The notes: generated by a model from the letters alone, not told the origin. A stretch of 61,567 nucleotides of DNA from Candidatus Bathyarchaeia archaeon (GCA_050012255.1 JBEKHN010000015.1:1-61567); one strand, 5' to 3'. Numbered from the stretch's first letter, positions 19,755 to 30,025 are shown. Translations and numbers: made by a program.

Positions 19755-20993
19755 TCACTCCCTCAATCCAACGTAGCGCACGAGGTCTCCTACACGTTTG
19801 GTCTGCATCATCTTCTGCAAGTCTTCGAAAATCACGCGTATCTGAGCGGGGCTTGTGTCCCTCCCGCCTAATCCGTAGATGTGGTTGACAACGTAAGGTC
19901 GGGCTGAGCCGTCGTACAGTGCATGGCGGACTTCATGGAAAACCGCTCCGCCGCTTCCGCCAAAACTCATGCTTCTATCCATGACGGCAACTGCCTTCAC
20001 TCTTCCGAGTGCCTCAGCAATCTCTTCAACCGGAAATGGTCTGAAAGTTCGAATTCTGAGCAGCCCGGCTCTGATGCCTTTCTCTCTGAGCTCGTCCACC
20101 ACCGTCTTAACGGTGCCGGCTGTTGAGCCCAAGCAAACAACAGCTATCTCAGCATCTTCAAGCCTGTATTGCTCGAGCAGACCATCGCCGTATGATCTGC
20201 CGCTAAGCTGGGCGTACTCATCATGAACCTCTTGGATGACTCTTAACGCGTTTTTCATCGCTTCCTCCTGCTGCCGTTTAAACTCGAAGTAGTAGTTCGG
20301 CATTGCTATGGGTCCCATCGTCATGGGTGTTTCTGGGTCAAGCTTGAAGGGAACGGTTTTTCCTTCATGCGTAAGCACGACTGGAAACTGGCGAGTCTTG
20401 ACGAACCCTTTAACCGTCTCGTCTGAGAAGGTCAGCACGTTCTCAAGCGTGTGGCTCAACGTGAACCCGTCTAGGCCCACAATCACGGGCAGTTGAACGT
20501 CCAAGTGTTCCGCGATCCTGAAGGCTTGAAGCACTGAGTCGTAGACTTCCTGTGCGTTTTCAGTGTAGATCTGTATCCAGCCGCTATCGCGTTCAGCCAT
20601 AGCGTCGGAATGGTCGCCGTGAATGTTCAGCGGCGCTGACAACGCTCGGTTCGCGATTGCCATGACGACTGGCGCACGGCATCCTGAAGTCACGAACAGC
20701 ATTTCGTGCATCAACGCCAAGCCTGCTGATGCTGAGGCCGTGAAGACCCTAGCGCCCGTTGTTGACGCTGCAAGACACGCGGCCATCGCGCTGTGTTCTG
20801 ATTCTGTGCACACGTACTCTGTCTCAACTTCGCCGTTGGCAACGTACTCGCTGAGCTTCTCGACGATTATCGTCTGAGGGGTTATCGGGTACGCAGCAAC
20901 CACGTCAACGTCTGCCTGTTTCACTGCTAACGCAACGGCTTCGTCTCCGTTCAGGCCTTGTGTTTCTTGGTTAACAACACTCTTCACCGTCAT
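19755..20993 (-). CDS. porA: Pyruvate/2-oxoacid:ferredoxin oxidoreductase alpha
   Basis: AAYPITPQT, ESEHSA, RALSAP. Confidence 0.95.
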   Translation of the reverse strand: MTVKSVVNQETQGLNGDEAVALAVKQADVDVVAAYPITPQTIIVEKLSEYVANGEVETEYVCTESEHSAMAACLAASTTGARVFTASASAGLALMHEMLFVTSGCRAPVVMAIANRALSAPLNIHGDHSDAMAERDSGWIQIYTENAQEVYDSVLQAFRIAEHLDVQLPVIVGLDGFTLSHTLENVLTFSDETVKGFVKTRQFPVVLTHEGKTVPFKLDPETPMTMGPIAMPNYYFEFKRQQEEAMKNALRVIQEVHDEYAQLSGRSYGDGLLEQYRLEDAEIAVVCLGSTAGTVKTVVDELREKGIRAGLLRIRTFRPFPVEEIAEALGRVKAVAVMDRSMSFGGSGGAVFHEVRHALYDGSARPYVVNHIYGLGGRDTSPAQIRVIFEDLQKMMQTKRVGDLVRYVGLRE

Positions 20994-20999
20994 ATCCTC

Positions 21000-21278
21000 C
21001 TATTCCATCTTCATCACGATCGCTTTGGTTGGGCATTCGTTGGCGCATATGCCGCAACCCTTGCAGAAATCCAGGTCAAATTCGATGTCGCCTTTTTCGG
21101 GTTTCCAGTGTATCGCGCCGTCGGGGCAATAAAGTGCGCACAACAAGCACTTGGTGCATTTCTCAACGTCTCTGACCGGAGTGAAAGACTTCCAGTCTCC
21201 GGTTAAGTATGTTAAGCTGCTCTTCCAGCAGACCCCTGCCAGGGAAATCTCTTTCCACGTTTTTTCCTTTGAACTCAT
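21000..21278 (-). CDS. porD: Oxidoreductase delta subunit, 2x[4Fe-4S]
   Basis: TGDW, CxxCxxCxxxCP twice. Confidence 0.95.
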   Translation of the reverse strand: MSSKEKTWKEISLAGVCWKSSLTYLTGDWKSFTPVRDVEKCTKCLLCALYCPDGAIHWKPEKGDIEFDLDFCKGCGICANECPTKAIVMKME

Positions 21279-21853
21279 TCAGATTTTACCTCCTGGTAAG
21301 CCTGCTTCACGACGGCAAAGTTTTTCTCGGCAACGTCTGGTCTGAAACGTTCTCTGATCATTTTCTCAACGGTTTCCAGGTTGACTATCCCGGTTACGCG
21401 TGCAACGGCTCCGAGCATTGCAGTGTTCGTTATTGGCATTCCTAGGATCTTCATCGAAATCTCCGATGCTGGAACAGTCCAGACCTTTCCCCTGTCTGTG
21501 TTCAGTGCCTTTCTCACGTCGGATGGAGTTTCCTTTGAGTTAACTATGATGTTTCCGCCTTCGTTGCTCAGTCCGTCTGCAACCTTAACCGTCTTGAGCA
21601 ACGTCGGGTCTAAGACGGCTACAACGTCCGCGTTGTAGACTGCGCAGTGTAGCCTTATGGGCTCAGTGCTTATTCTAGTGAAGGCCGTCACGGGTGCGCC
21701 CATCCTTTCAGGGCCGAACTCCGGAAAAGATTGAATGTACTTTCCTTCAGCGATGGCCGCTCGGGCAAAAAGCTCACTTGCTGTCCATGCTCCTTGGCCG
21801 CCTCTGCCGTGCCATCTGACTTCCAAGAGTTTCTTCACCATCTTTCTCTCCAA
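21275..21853 (-). CDS. porG: Oxidoreductase gamma subunit
   Basis: HGRGGQG, FGPERMGAP. Confidence 0.95.
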   Translation of the reverse strand: MERKMVKKLLEVRWHGRGGQGAWTASELFARAAIAEGKYIQSFPEFGPERMGAPVTAFTRISTEPIRLHCAVYNADVVAVLDPTLLKTVKVADGLSNEGGNIIVNSKETPSDVRKALNTDRGKVWTVPASEISMKILGMPITNTAMLGAVARVTGIVNLETVEKMIRERFRPDVAEKNFAVVKQAYQEVKSE

Positions 21854-21975
21854 TGGTCTTTCAGCCTAATTGCATCACGGAACATATACACTTTTCTAGG
21901 CAGGAACGGAAGAATTAAAGGTCTAAGCAGACATCTTAGTAAAAGCGTGACGAGAACTTCGGGGAGAAGACAAAC

Positions 21976-23454
21976 TTGGAGGACACGGTGGTATTAACCG
22001 CTGACAGCACGTTGATGAGCGATTACCGTGAGAACGAATTTCTAGGTTTCGGGACCTGTGCTCCACCAAACTTTGTCCCAGACTTCATCTACCGGCGACT
22101 GTTCTTTCCGCCAATCAAGACGGAAGGCGGCAGGCCTGTTTCCGCGCCGTATGGGCTGAGGAAAATCGAGGCCCAGCTCGTGAAGGAAGGCTTCAAAGTG
22201 ATTACTGTTACTCCGGACCATATCGGCGCGTGGCTTCACAAGGCGAAGGTGCTTGGGATACACGTCATGGACCCCTTCGGTCTGGGTCCCGCGTCGAGCA
22301 CTCTTGCGTCCGTTCTCAAAAAGGAGCCGTTCTTGGCACAGTATTTTCGCCGTCTTTTTGAACTTCCTGAGGTCAGGGAAGCCAAGAAGCGCGGCTTAAG
22401 AATCATCGTGGGCGGTCCGGGTGTCTGGCAGCTTAACTACAGGCCGAAGTTCGTCGAGAAGTACGGCATAGACTGCATAATCGAGGGAGAAGCTGAGAAC
22501 GTTGTTGGAAAGATCTTCAAGGCCGCCATGAACGGTGAAACCCTTCCAGCGAATTATGAGGTTAGCATAGGAGAGACGCCGCGTCTCGAGGAGATACCGA
22601 ACATCCTCAACCCTTCAATCAACGGATTAGTGGAAATCGGTCGCGGATGCTGCAGAGGCTGCAAGTTCTGCAGCGTGACACTGAGACCGTTGAGGTGGTT
22701 CCCAATCGAGAAAATACTCGAAGAAGTAGACGTGAACCTGAACGCTGGAAACAGAGGAGTCATCCTCCACGAAGACGATGTCATGCTCTACGGTTCAAAA
22801 ACAACTCTCCCCGACGACGAGAAACTCCTCAAGCTACACGAAACAGTCCTCCAAAAGTGTGACGGAATAGCTTGGAGCCACTGTTCCCTCGCGGCCGTGG
22901 CAGCCAAGCCGAAGCTTTTCGCAGAAGTGGCCGAAATCATAAGGCAGAAGCAGCGTTGGTGGGGAGTTGAAATAGGGCTTGAAACAGGGTCAGCAGAACT
23001 TGCAACCAAGATCATGCCTGCGAAGGCTCACCCCTTCAAGCCTCAAGAATGGCCAGAAGTCGCCCGCACAGGTATGGGGTTAATGCATGACAACATGCTG
23101 GTTCCAGCGTGCACACTCATCGTCGGCGTTCCAGAGGAGACCGAAGACGACCTCATCAAAACAATCGAACTGCTCGACGACGTGAAAGACTGCAGAAGCC
23201 TCATCGTGCCACTGTTTTTCGTGCCGATGGGCAGGCTCAAAGACGAGGACTGGTTCAAAGAAACAAAGATGACAAAAACGCATGAACAGCTGCTGACGAA
23301 GTGCGTGCAGCACGACTTCCACTGGATAGACGACCTAATAGGCATATCTTTTTCCGAAGGCTGGAAAGGCCATGCCGTCAGACCATTCTACAAGCTCTTC
23401 ATGCTCATAGCGAAGTACAAGGCCAAACAGGCCGGCATCAACATAAAGTCGTAG
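21976..23454 (+). CDS. B12-binding-domain radical SAM protein
   Basis: APYGLRKIEA, VGGPG, GCCRGCKFC. Confidence 0.88.
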   Translation: MEDTVVLTADSTLMSDYRENEFLGFGTCAPPNFVPDFIYRRLFFPPIKTEGGRPVSAPYGLRKIEAQLVKEGFKVITVTPDHIGAWLHKAKVLGIHVMDPFGLGPASSTLASVLKKEPFLAQYFRRLFELPEVREAKKRGLRIIVGGPGVWQLNYRPKFVEKYGIDCIIEGEAENVVGKIFKAAMNGETLPANYEVSIGETPRLEEIPNILNPSINGLVEIGRGCCRGCKFCSVTLRPLRWFPIEKILEEVDVNLNAGNRGVILHEDDVMLYGSKTTLPDDEKLLKLHETVLQKCDGIAWSHCSLAAVAAKPKLFAEVAEIIRQKQRWWGVEIGLETGSAELATKIMPAKAHPFKPQEWPEVARTGMGLMHDNMLVPACTLIVGVPEETEDDLIKTIELLDDVKDCRSLIVPLFFVPMGRLKDEDWFKETKMTKTHEQLLTKCVQHDFHWIDDLIGISFSEGWKGHAVRPFYKLFMLIAKYKAKQAGINIKS

Positions 23455-23505
23455 ACAACTAACCTTAAATACCCCTGCAAACCCAAAACTTGTAAGCTCA
23501 AAAAT

Positions 23506-23579
23506 GCCGCCGTAGCTCAGCTAGGTAGAGCGGCTGGCTGTTAACCAGTCGGTCATAGGTTCAAGTCCTATCGGCGGCG
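23506..23579 (+). tRNA. tRNA-Asn(GTT); contains attL
   Basis: Cloverleaf with CTGGC-T-GTT-AA-CCAG anticodon region. Confidence 0.95.
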
Positions 23580-23880
23580 CCTCATTATCCAAAATAGAAC
23601 TCAAATCAGGGTTTTCTGTTTGTGTATAGTTTTGTGTATTGTTGTGTATAGGTTTGTCTTTCTGTAGAGTTTCTCTGTAGTCTTCTGGTAGTGATTCATA
23701 GCTGCCCAAGTAGCACCATTCTATCTTATTGCTCTCCTTCATGTAGTGCTGGACATAATAATATTCATATGTTGTTCCATGACTCTTCGTTTTCTTGATT
23801 GTCAAGTTACCAATTCTACCACATTTTATGCATTTGACTCTGGGCAAGTTTTTCTTTCCTCCATTAGTTGTGTATAGCAA
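23521..23880 (-). CDS. Integrase N-terminal fragment int(N) with CxxC motif
   Basis: Ends in APPIGLEPMTDWLTA, the same att-encoded peptide that begins 26168..27064. Confidence 0.8.
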   Translation of the reverse strand: MLYTTNGGKKNLPRVKCIKCGRIGNLTIKKTKSHGTTYEYYYVQHYMKESNKIEWCYLGSYESLPEDYRETLQKDKPIHNNTQNYTQTENPDLSSILDNEAPPIGLEPMTDWLTASRST

Positions 23881-23913
23881 TTTATCGGTTTCAGATTTTA
23901 GTGTTGTGTATAG
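23620..23913 (+). repeat. Five copies of TTGTGTATAG (one variant)
   Basis: At 23620, 23632 (TTGTGTATTG), 23642, 23868, 23904. Confidence 0.75.
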
Positions 23914-24155
23914 CGTTCTATCAAAGCTGTTCAGGAAAAAAATAGCAGAGTTTCCTCTTCTCTTTTTTTCTATTCTTGATTTGATAGCATAAGGTCTCTA
24001 AGCTTAGAGATTGAAAATCCTGCTCAAGGAGGGTTCTGCTACAATGTCTAATATTGGACACGCAAAGACATTGCAGGGCTCTACATTCGTCTCTTCTGGT
24101 TTTGCGGAAAAGTTATAGCTGAACCAGTCCCATAAACTTGAGTGGGTGGTCATAA

Positions 24156-24695
24156 TTGCTTGAAGGCAAGAATGTGAATTTGAGGGTTGTGGAGAAGGAA
24201 GACTTGCCTCTGATTGCGGAATGGATGAACAACCCCGAGTTCTGGGGCCAATATTTCTCTCCAATACAGAGAACCAAGACAGACATGGAGAAGACTTTTG
24301 AAAGCAATCCCTTGGAATATAGGCAATTCATTATTGAGAAGAAAGACGGAACCAAAATCGGTGGCATAGCCCACTTCAACATGCTTGCACCCTATGCGAA
24401 AATGCTGGAAATAGGTTATGCACTGCTTTCAAGCGAGAGAGGAAAAGGCTACTGCACCGAAGCTGCAAAGATAATGGTGGATTACTTGTTTCTCTCAAAA
24501 GACATAGCTTGCGTTCAAGCCACGACAGATGTCGGAAATGTTGCTTCACAAAAGGTTCTGGAGAAGGCAGGTTTCCAAAAAGAAGGGATAATGCGAAAAC
24601 GATTTTTCAGCAATGGAGCATGGAGAGACACCGTCCTTTTCAGCATTCTCAGAGAAGAATGGAAAGAACCAAAGATACTGACAAAAACTGCTTAG
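24156..24695 (+). CDS. RimJ/RimL-type GNAT acetyltransferase
   Basis: EIGY, RGKGYCTEA, NVASQKVLEKAGF. Confidence 0.92.
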   Translation: MLEGKNVNLRVVEKEDLPLIAEWMNNPEFWGQYFSPIQRTKTDMEKTFESNPLEYRQFIIEKKDGTKIGGIAHFNMLAPYAKMLEIGYALLSSERGKGYCTEAAKIMVDYLFLSKDIACVQATTDVGNVASQKVLEKAGFQKEGIMRKRFFSNGAWRDTVLFSILREEWKEPKILTKTA

Positions 24696-24810
24696 CACGA
24701 AAACTGACACTAAACCCTCTAACTCAACTGGAAGACACTTCTATTACTCTTTTTAGGCCAGTTTCGTTTTTGCGGAAAAGTTATAGCTGAACCAAACAGG
24801 ATTACGTTGA

Positions 24811-25311
24811 TTGGTGTCAAGAATGCTTGACATTACAGAGATTTCAGCTATTGGTGCAGCAGCGGGCGTACTAGTTGGCGTTGTGCTGACTGTTATTGAA
24901 CTTCGAAATCTGGTCAAGCAAAGGAAATCGGACCTTCTAATGAGACTGCATTTAGCTTTCAGCACAAGAGAAACTTCCGAAGCAGTCCTCAAGTACCTGT
25001 CTGTGGAATACAAGGATTATGATGATTTCGTGGAGAAATACGGCTTACCCTTTGCTGAAGGACCAGTCCAAACAGCCTTCGTTATGATAGGCAATTTCTT
25101 TGAGGGAATTGGCGTTCTTCTGAAAAGAAGACTCGTAGAAATAGAACTTGTCAACGAACTCTTCGCAGTGGAGATGTTCTGGCTAAAAATGAAGCCATTG
25201 ATTGAAGGCATGAGAAAACAGAGTAACAACCCACAGATTCTTGAGTGGTTCGAATACTTGTTCAATGAAACGAAGAAAAGAGAACAGAAGCTTCAACAAT
25301 CAAAAGCCTAA
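24811..25311 (+). CDS. DUF4760-like membrane-anchored protein
   Basis: N-terminal TM; NFFEGIGVLLK and WFEYL motifs. Confidence 0.7.
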   Translation: MVSRMLDITEISAIGAAAGVLVGVVLTVIELRNLVKQRKSDLLMRLHLAFSTRETSEAVLKYLSVEYKDYDDFVEKYGLPFAEGPVQTAFVMIGNFFEGIGVLLKRRLVEIELVNELFAVEMFWLKMKPLIEGMRKQSNNPQILEWFEYLFNETKKREQKLQQSKA

Positions 25312-25473
25312 ACCTTCAAAGATTTCAGTAAGTCCATAGAAGTTTTTCATCATGGTTCTAGCTAGTCTGTGCATAGAATACAGTTAAGACATCAAGTCTA
25401 TTCATGGGATATTCAATTGAAGATTCTTCCACAAGTCATAAGTACCGCATAAAGGAATAACCAATGATGCGCT

Positions 25474-25980
25474 ATGGAGAAACTGAAAACTATCGATTAC
25501 AAAGTTCTGTCGGAGTTGATGAAGGATAGTCGTAGAAGTGACAGACAACTGGCTAAAGCTCTGGGAACTTCTCAGCCCACTGTCTCTAGAAGAAGGGTTA
25601 ATCTTGAAAAGAGCTTTATTGATGGGTATACGGCGATACCAAAATGGGAGAAGATTGGTTTTGAACTTGTTGCGTTCAGCTTTGTAAAACACAAGATTAA
25701 GTATGCCACGCCCGAAGTGAGGGATAAATCCTTCAGGAAGGTGGAAGAGTGGATGATGAAACAACCAAACGTTATCTTAGCCATAGAAGGGCAAGGAATG
25801 GGATGGGATGGCATCTTTGTTTCATTCCACAAGAGCTATTCAGACTTTGCAGAGTTCATGAGAAAGCACAACAGTGAGTTTTCAGACTTATTGATCGATA
25901 CTCAAAGCTTCATTTCAGACATTAACCCAACAACTATTAGAAAACCATTTCACCTGAAATATCTGGCAAATGCAAAGTAG
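25474..25980 (+). CDS. Lrp/AsnC transcriptional regulator
   Basis: DSRRSDRQLAK...SQPTVSRRR...GYTAIP. Confidence 0.9.
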   Translation: MEKLKTIDYKVLSELMKDSRRSDRQLAKALGTSQPTVSRRRVNLEKSFIDGYTAIPKWEKIGFELVAFSFVKHKIKYATPEVRDKSFRKVEEWMMKQPNVILAIEGQGMGWDGIFVSFHKSYSDFAEFMRKHNSEFSDLLIDTQSFISDINPTTIRKPFHLKYLANAK

Positions 25981-26167
25981 TGTGTGCCTATCCAACTGTA
26001 CGAGCTCCCATCAGTCCTTATCCTGCCTCTATTCGGTATTAACATTACCATCAGTCATTGTCTACAGAAAGAAACATGCAAAGATTTCAAGGAGTCTCTA
26101 GAAGTTCTTCACCGTAGTTCTTCTACGCATAAAGAAAAAGAGGAGTGTTTTCGATCTGTTTCGTGTG

Positions 26168-27064
26168 TTAGCTGATTGCTTGTTGCAGTACGGTTAGATT
26201 TGCTTTGTCATAGACTTCTTTCAGTTTCTTAGGACTGTAATCCGTGTAATGTCTTGCCAGAATAGAGTGTGGAGTTCTTCCACAGAAACAGTCGATGTAT
26301 CGGTCTGAAACTCCCAAGTCTGTCATTGCCACACAGAACCATTGCCTTAGCATTTGTGGAGTAATCTTTACACCTGTTTTGTTGTATGCTGTCTGGAACC
26401 ATCTACGAATACTGATTTCTGACGCATTGACATTGAAGCCTATACGCTTGAGATACTCTTCTGTTTCTTTGTTGTGGAAGCTAACGTATGAGTTCTTGGT
26501 AGAGTATTGTTCATGGTTGTTTGGTGTAATGGCTCTAGTCTCTGAATTCATGGTTGCATCGAATATCTCTGATTTGCGTAAGCCTGAAGAACAGTAGAGT
26601 AAGAATATTGCCTTAGCCTTGTCATGTGGAAGTGCATTGAAGAATTGTTTAAGCTCTTCTTTGGACGGTAGCTGTGTAATTAGTTTGAGGTCTATTCTAG
26701 GAAACTTTAGCGTTTGAACCCATTCACCTTTCTTTAGATAGTCTCTGCAAAACACTTTGATTGCACACAGGAACCATCTGTACGTTCTAGGGTTGACGTT
26801 CTTGTTTCTGTATTTGAATAGCCAGTTTCTGATTTTTGTAGCATCTATAGTATTGCCCATTTCTCTAGTATAGCGTGTCAGAGCATTGATGTGCATCTTA
26901 ATAGTCTTGTTTGAACGTTGCAAGTCAACCCGACAGAACATAGCAAAGCTATCTAACACACTATCTGTAATAGTAAAGGCTCTACCAGAAGGGTCTGAGG
27001 GGATACTTCCCTTTATGGCTGTTAACCAGTCGGTCATAGGTTCAAGTCCTGTCGGCGGCGCCAC
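26168..27064 (-). CDS. SSV1/pNOB8-like tyrosine integrase, C-terminal fragment int(C)
   Basis: SGLRKSE, xxLR.WF, CGR, RHY catalytic motifs; first 16 codons are the att site. Confidence 0.9.
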   Translation of the reverse strand: MAPPTGLEPMTDWLTAIKGSIPSDPSGRAFTITDSVLDSFAMFCRVDLQRSNKTIKMHINALTRYTREMGNTIDATKIRNWLFKYRNKNVNPRTYRWFLCAIKVFCRDYLKKGEWVQTLKFPRIDLKLITQLPSKEELKQFFNALPHDKAKAIFLLYCSSGLRKSEIFDATMNSETRAITPNNHEQYSTKNSYVSFHNKETEEYLKRIGFNVNASEISIRRWFQTAYNKTGVKITPQMLRQWFCVAMTDLGVSDRYIDCFCGRTPHSILARHYTDYSPKKLKEVYDKANLTVLQQAIS

Positions 27065-27446
27065 AACTAAACCAAGGACTGCACAACCTTCGCCCTCAGC
27101 AACCCTCTTTTTTCATATTCTTCTAGCTCAGCTCAGAGGGTTGTTTCAGCTTTCAACCAAACAAAAAGACACATGGCGGTGCTGTGGTTTCGCTAAGCCC
27201 CTATACAAAGGGAGTATCATAACTCCACGTTACTTCATGAATGGGGCCCGATGTTTTAAGCTACTCTTGAACGCCGCAGTTTTGGTCGGTTCTGGGGGGT
27301 GAATAAAACGAAAAAACCAATGTTACGGCAAAAACGACCGGGTACCGGAACTTTTTCATGTGCACGAGCCTTCAAAGTCCTCTACCCACACGCGGTAGGG
27401 AAAGAGTAAAATTGTTTCCTTCATTATTGATTGAACGGGTGACAAG

Positions 27447-28628
27447 TTGGTTTCAAGAGATAAGGGTTTTTCAACCAAAGCGGTTCATGCAGGGGATAAG
27501 CGAGGTTCTTCTACGGGAGCTGTTGTCGAGCCGATCTATGAGACATCCGTCTTCGCGTTTTCTAGCACAAAGCAACTAGTAGACGTTATGGGCGAAAAAG
27601 CCGATGGGTACGTTTACACCAGGTATGGGAATCCGACGACTAGAAGTGTTGAGAACAAGATGGCTGAACTTGAAGAGAGTGAGGACGCAGCGGTTTTCTC
27701 GTCCGGCATGGCGGCCATTGCGACAACGTTTTTCACGCTTGTTTCCTCAGGTGACCACGTTGTCTCCACTAGGGACTTGTACGGTGGAACTTTGGAATTC
27801 TTCAACAAGGTATTGCCGAAATTCGGCGTGGAAACGACTTTGGCGGACGCAACAGACCTGGACGAAATAAGGTCTGCCACTAGAAGCAACACAAAGGTCA
27901 TTTACGCTGAAACCCCGACCAATCCTACGCTTAAGGTTGCGGATTTGTCCGCGGTCGCCAAGATCGGAAAAGAGAAAGGAGCCACGGTCGTTGTTGACAG
28001 CACCTTCGCTTCTCCATACAACACAAAGCCTACGGAGCTTGGCGTCGACGTCGTCGTCCACAGCGCAACTAAATACCTGTGTGGGCACAACGACGTGACC
28101 GCTGGAGTCGTGTGCGGTTCAGAAAGGTTTGTGAAAGAACTGAAAAAAATGCGCAAAAGCTTAGGCGGAACTCTTGATCCCCTTGCCGCTTGGCTACTAC
28201 TGCGTGGGTTAAAGACTCTGGGCTTGCGAATGGAGAGGCACAACTCCAACGGCATCAAGGTGGCAACGTATCTTGAGAGACATCCAAAAGTCAAAACCGT
28301 GCACTATCCAGGCCTCGAAAAGCACCCCCAGCACGCAATTGCCAAGCGGCAGATGACTGGCTTCGGCGGAGTCGTCAGCTTCGAAATCAACAGAGACTTT
28401 GAGACAACTGCAAAGTTCGTAGAAAACCTGAAGCTTTGTTCTTTAGCCTCCAGCCTCGGTGGAACCGAAACTCTGGTCACTCAGCCCGTAACGGCATCAC
28501 ACTACTTCGTCAGCGTTGAAGACCGAAAAAAGTCAGGGATAACGGACCAGCTGATCAGGCTGGCTCTGGGAATAGAAGACCCGGAAGACATCATCGCCGA
28601 CTTGGAGCAGGCCTTCAACAAAATCTAG
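27447..28628 (+). CDS. PLP-dependent transsulfuration enzyme (cystathionine gamma-synthase/methionine gamma-lyase family)
   Basis: YTRYGNPT, SSGMAAI, ETPTNP, HSATKY, SLGG. Confidence 0.93.
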   Translation: MVSRDKGFSTKAVHAGDKRGSSTGAVVEPIYETSVFAFSSTKQLVDVMGEKADGYVYTRYGNPTTRSVENKMAELEESEDAAVFSSGMAAIATTFFTLVSSGDHVVSTRDLYGGTLEFFNKVLPKFGVETTLADATDLDEIRSATRSNTKVIYAETPTNPTLKVADLSAVAKIGKEKGATVVVDSTFASPYNTKPTELGVDVVVHSATKYLCGHNDVTAGVVCGSERFVKELKKMRKSLGGTLDPLAAWLLLRGLKTLGLRMERHNSNGIKVATYLERHPKVKTVHYPGLEKHPQHAIAKRQMTGFGGVVSFEINRDFETTAKFVENLKLCSLASSLGGTETLVTQPVTASHYFVSVEDRKKSGITDQLIRLALGIEDPEDIIADLEQAFNKI

Positions 28629-28780
28629 CACAAGCAACCTAACCGTGGCTTTGCTCCCATCGACTCTCACATTCCTTGAGCCTCGCTCAAGTCAACAAGC
28701 TCTCAGCGATTGCCTTGATTGATTCTCGGAAACTCGATTAGGCCGCGTGAAATTTGCTGATCCTAAGAGCTGTAGAGAGG

Positions 28781-29275
28781 TTATCTCTGGAGGTAGGTTA
28801 TCCAGCCCATGTGAGGTGGTTCTACGTCAATTTGCCACAGGAGCGCGATCAGCTCGCCGAAGTGATGTATGTTTTCAAGGACAACGTGAATCAGAATGTC
28901 CTCCACTCGCACTGTTAGAGGCGGCATTCCTGGCCTCGAGTATTCCACTTTTCTTTCAAGCTCAGCAGGAGTTATCCTTGCGACATAGACGTTAGTCTTT
29001 GATTCAACTTCTTTCGCGCGTTTTCGGATGGAAGCTGTGTCCTGAAAATCGTCTGGGCTCCGTGAAACCCAGTCTTTCACACGACTAGGGATGACGTAGT
29101 TAACCATCCTATCTTCAGCGTCGAGCGTGTGTAAAAGAATATTCCTCAAGGAATCAAAGCTGGCTCCACGGCCCTTCACAACCTCCTTCCAAGGAAGTGT
29201 GGCAAGCTGTTCCAAGTATCGATTCCTGAGCACGTGACTGTATCCCAGAAGGGTCCTTGGATCCACATAGCCCAC
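28781..29275 (-). CDS. DinB/YfiT family protein
   Basis: SLRNILLH...HVVLENIHHFGEL. Confidence 0.85.
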   Translation of the reverse strand: MGYVDPRTLLGYSHVLRNRYLEQLATLPWKEVVKGRGASFDSLRNILLHTLDAEDRMVNYVIPSRVKDWVSRSPDDFQDTASIRKRAKEVESKTNVYVARITPAELERKVEYSRPGMPPLTVRVEDILIHVVLENIHHFGELIALLWQIDVEPPHMGWITYLQR

Positions 29276-29561
29276 ATCCTGCGAGTTCTAATCAGCTGAA
29301 AAAGTAAATAACGTTTGAGGTAGAGGCGACCCGAAATACATGGATTGGAAATGACGCAAAAGAAGCAGGAAAGCAGCTCGTTGAAGACGGCAAAACGAAA
29401 GAAGAGACCTTGAGGGTCGTTAGTCCAGAATTAGCCACGGTGGAAGTGCACTCGGAGGAAAAGAACGCCAAGTTTGAAAAAGCTCTGAATGCGAAAAGTT
29501 AGAACCGAGAATCAAAGCTTAAAGCGCAAGAGTTTTTACCCCTAGCTTCCTGCATCATTGG

Positions 29562-30002
29562 TTGATGTCTAGAACTCGTACGAACTTCGCCTACCCGAAG
29601 AATGTCCGATTTCAATGCACGAGATGTGCGCTGTGCTGCGGCGATACAGAAGCGAGGGCCAGGCACATTCTCCTGTTGAAAAGAGAGGCGGAGAAGATCT
29701 CTGAAACGACCTCAAGGCCTGTTGAAGATTTCGCGTGCAGAACCGAAGGCTACGAACCCTACGTCTATGAGATGAGAAAGAGCATAAGCGGCAGGTGTCT
29801 ATTTCTTGAAAAGGACACATGTACCGTATATGCTTCGAGACCGCTTGTCTGCCGATACTATCCGTTCGAGTTAAGAACGCTAGGAAGTGGGAGGCTCGTT
29901 TTTTCTTCCACGAAGGAATGTCCAGGAATGGGCGGAGGCAAGCTGTTGGGAAGGGTCTACTTCGAAGAGCTATTCCAGTTGGCTCGTGATCAGATCGGGT
30001 GA
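29562..30002 (+). CDS. YkgJ-family CxxCxxCC protein
   Basis: CTRCALCC, CLFL, CTVY..RP..CRYYPF. Confidence 0.9.
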   Translation: MMSRTRTNFAYPKNVRFQCTRCALCCGDTEARARHILLLKREAEKISETTSRPVEDFACRTEGYEPYVYEMRKSISGRCLFLEKDTCTVYASRPLVCRYYPFELRTLGSGRLVFSSTKECPGMGGGKLLGRVYFEELFQLARDQIG

Positions 30003-30025
30003 ATCAAGGTTGCCGATTCAGGTTC

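Larger units (their letters stand above)
23535..27062. mobile_element. 3.48-kb integrated element in tRNA-Asn
   Basis: 47-bp direct repeat 23535-23581 / 27016-27062 with 1 mismatch; lower GC; integrase split by att. Confidence 0.92.
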
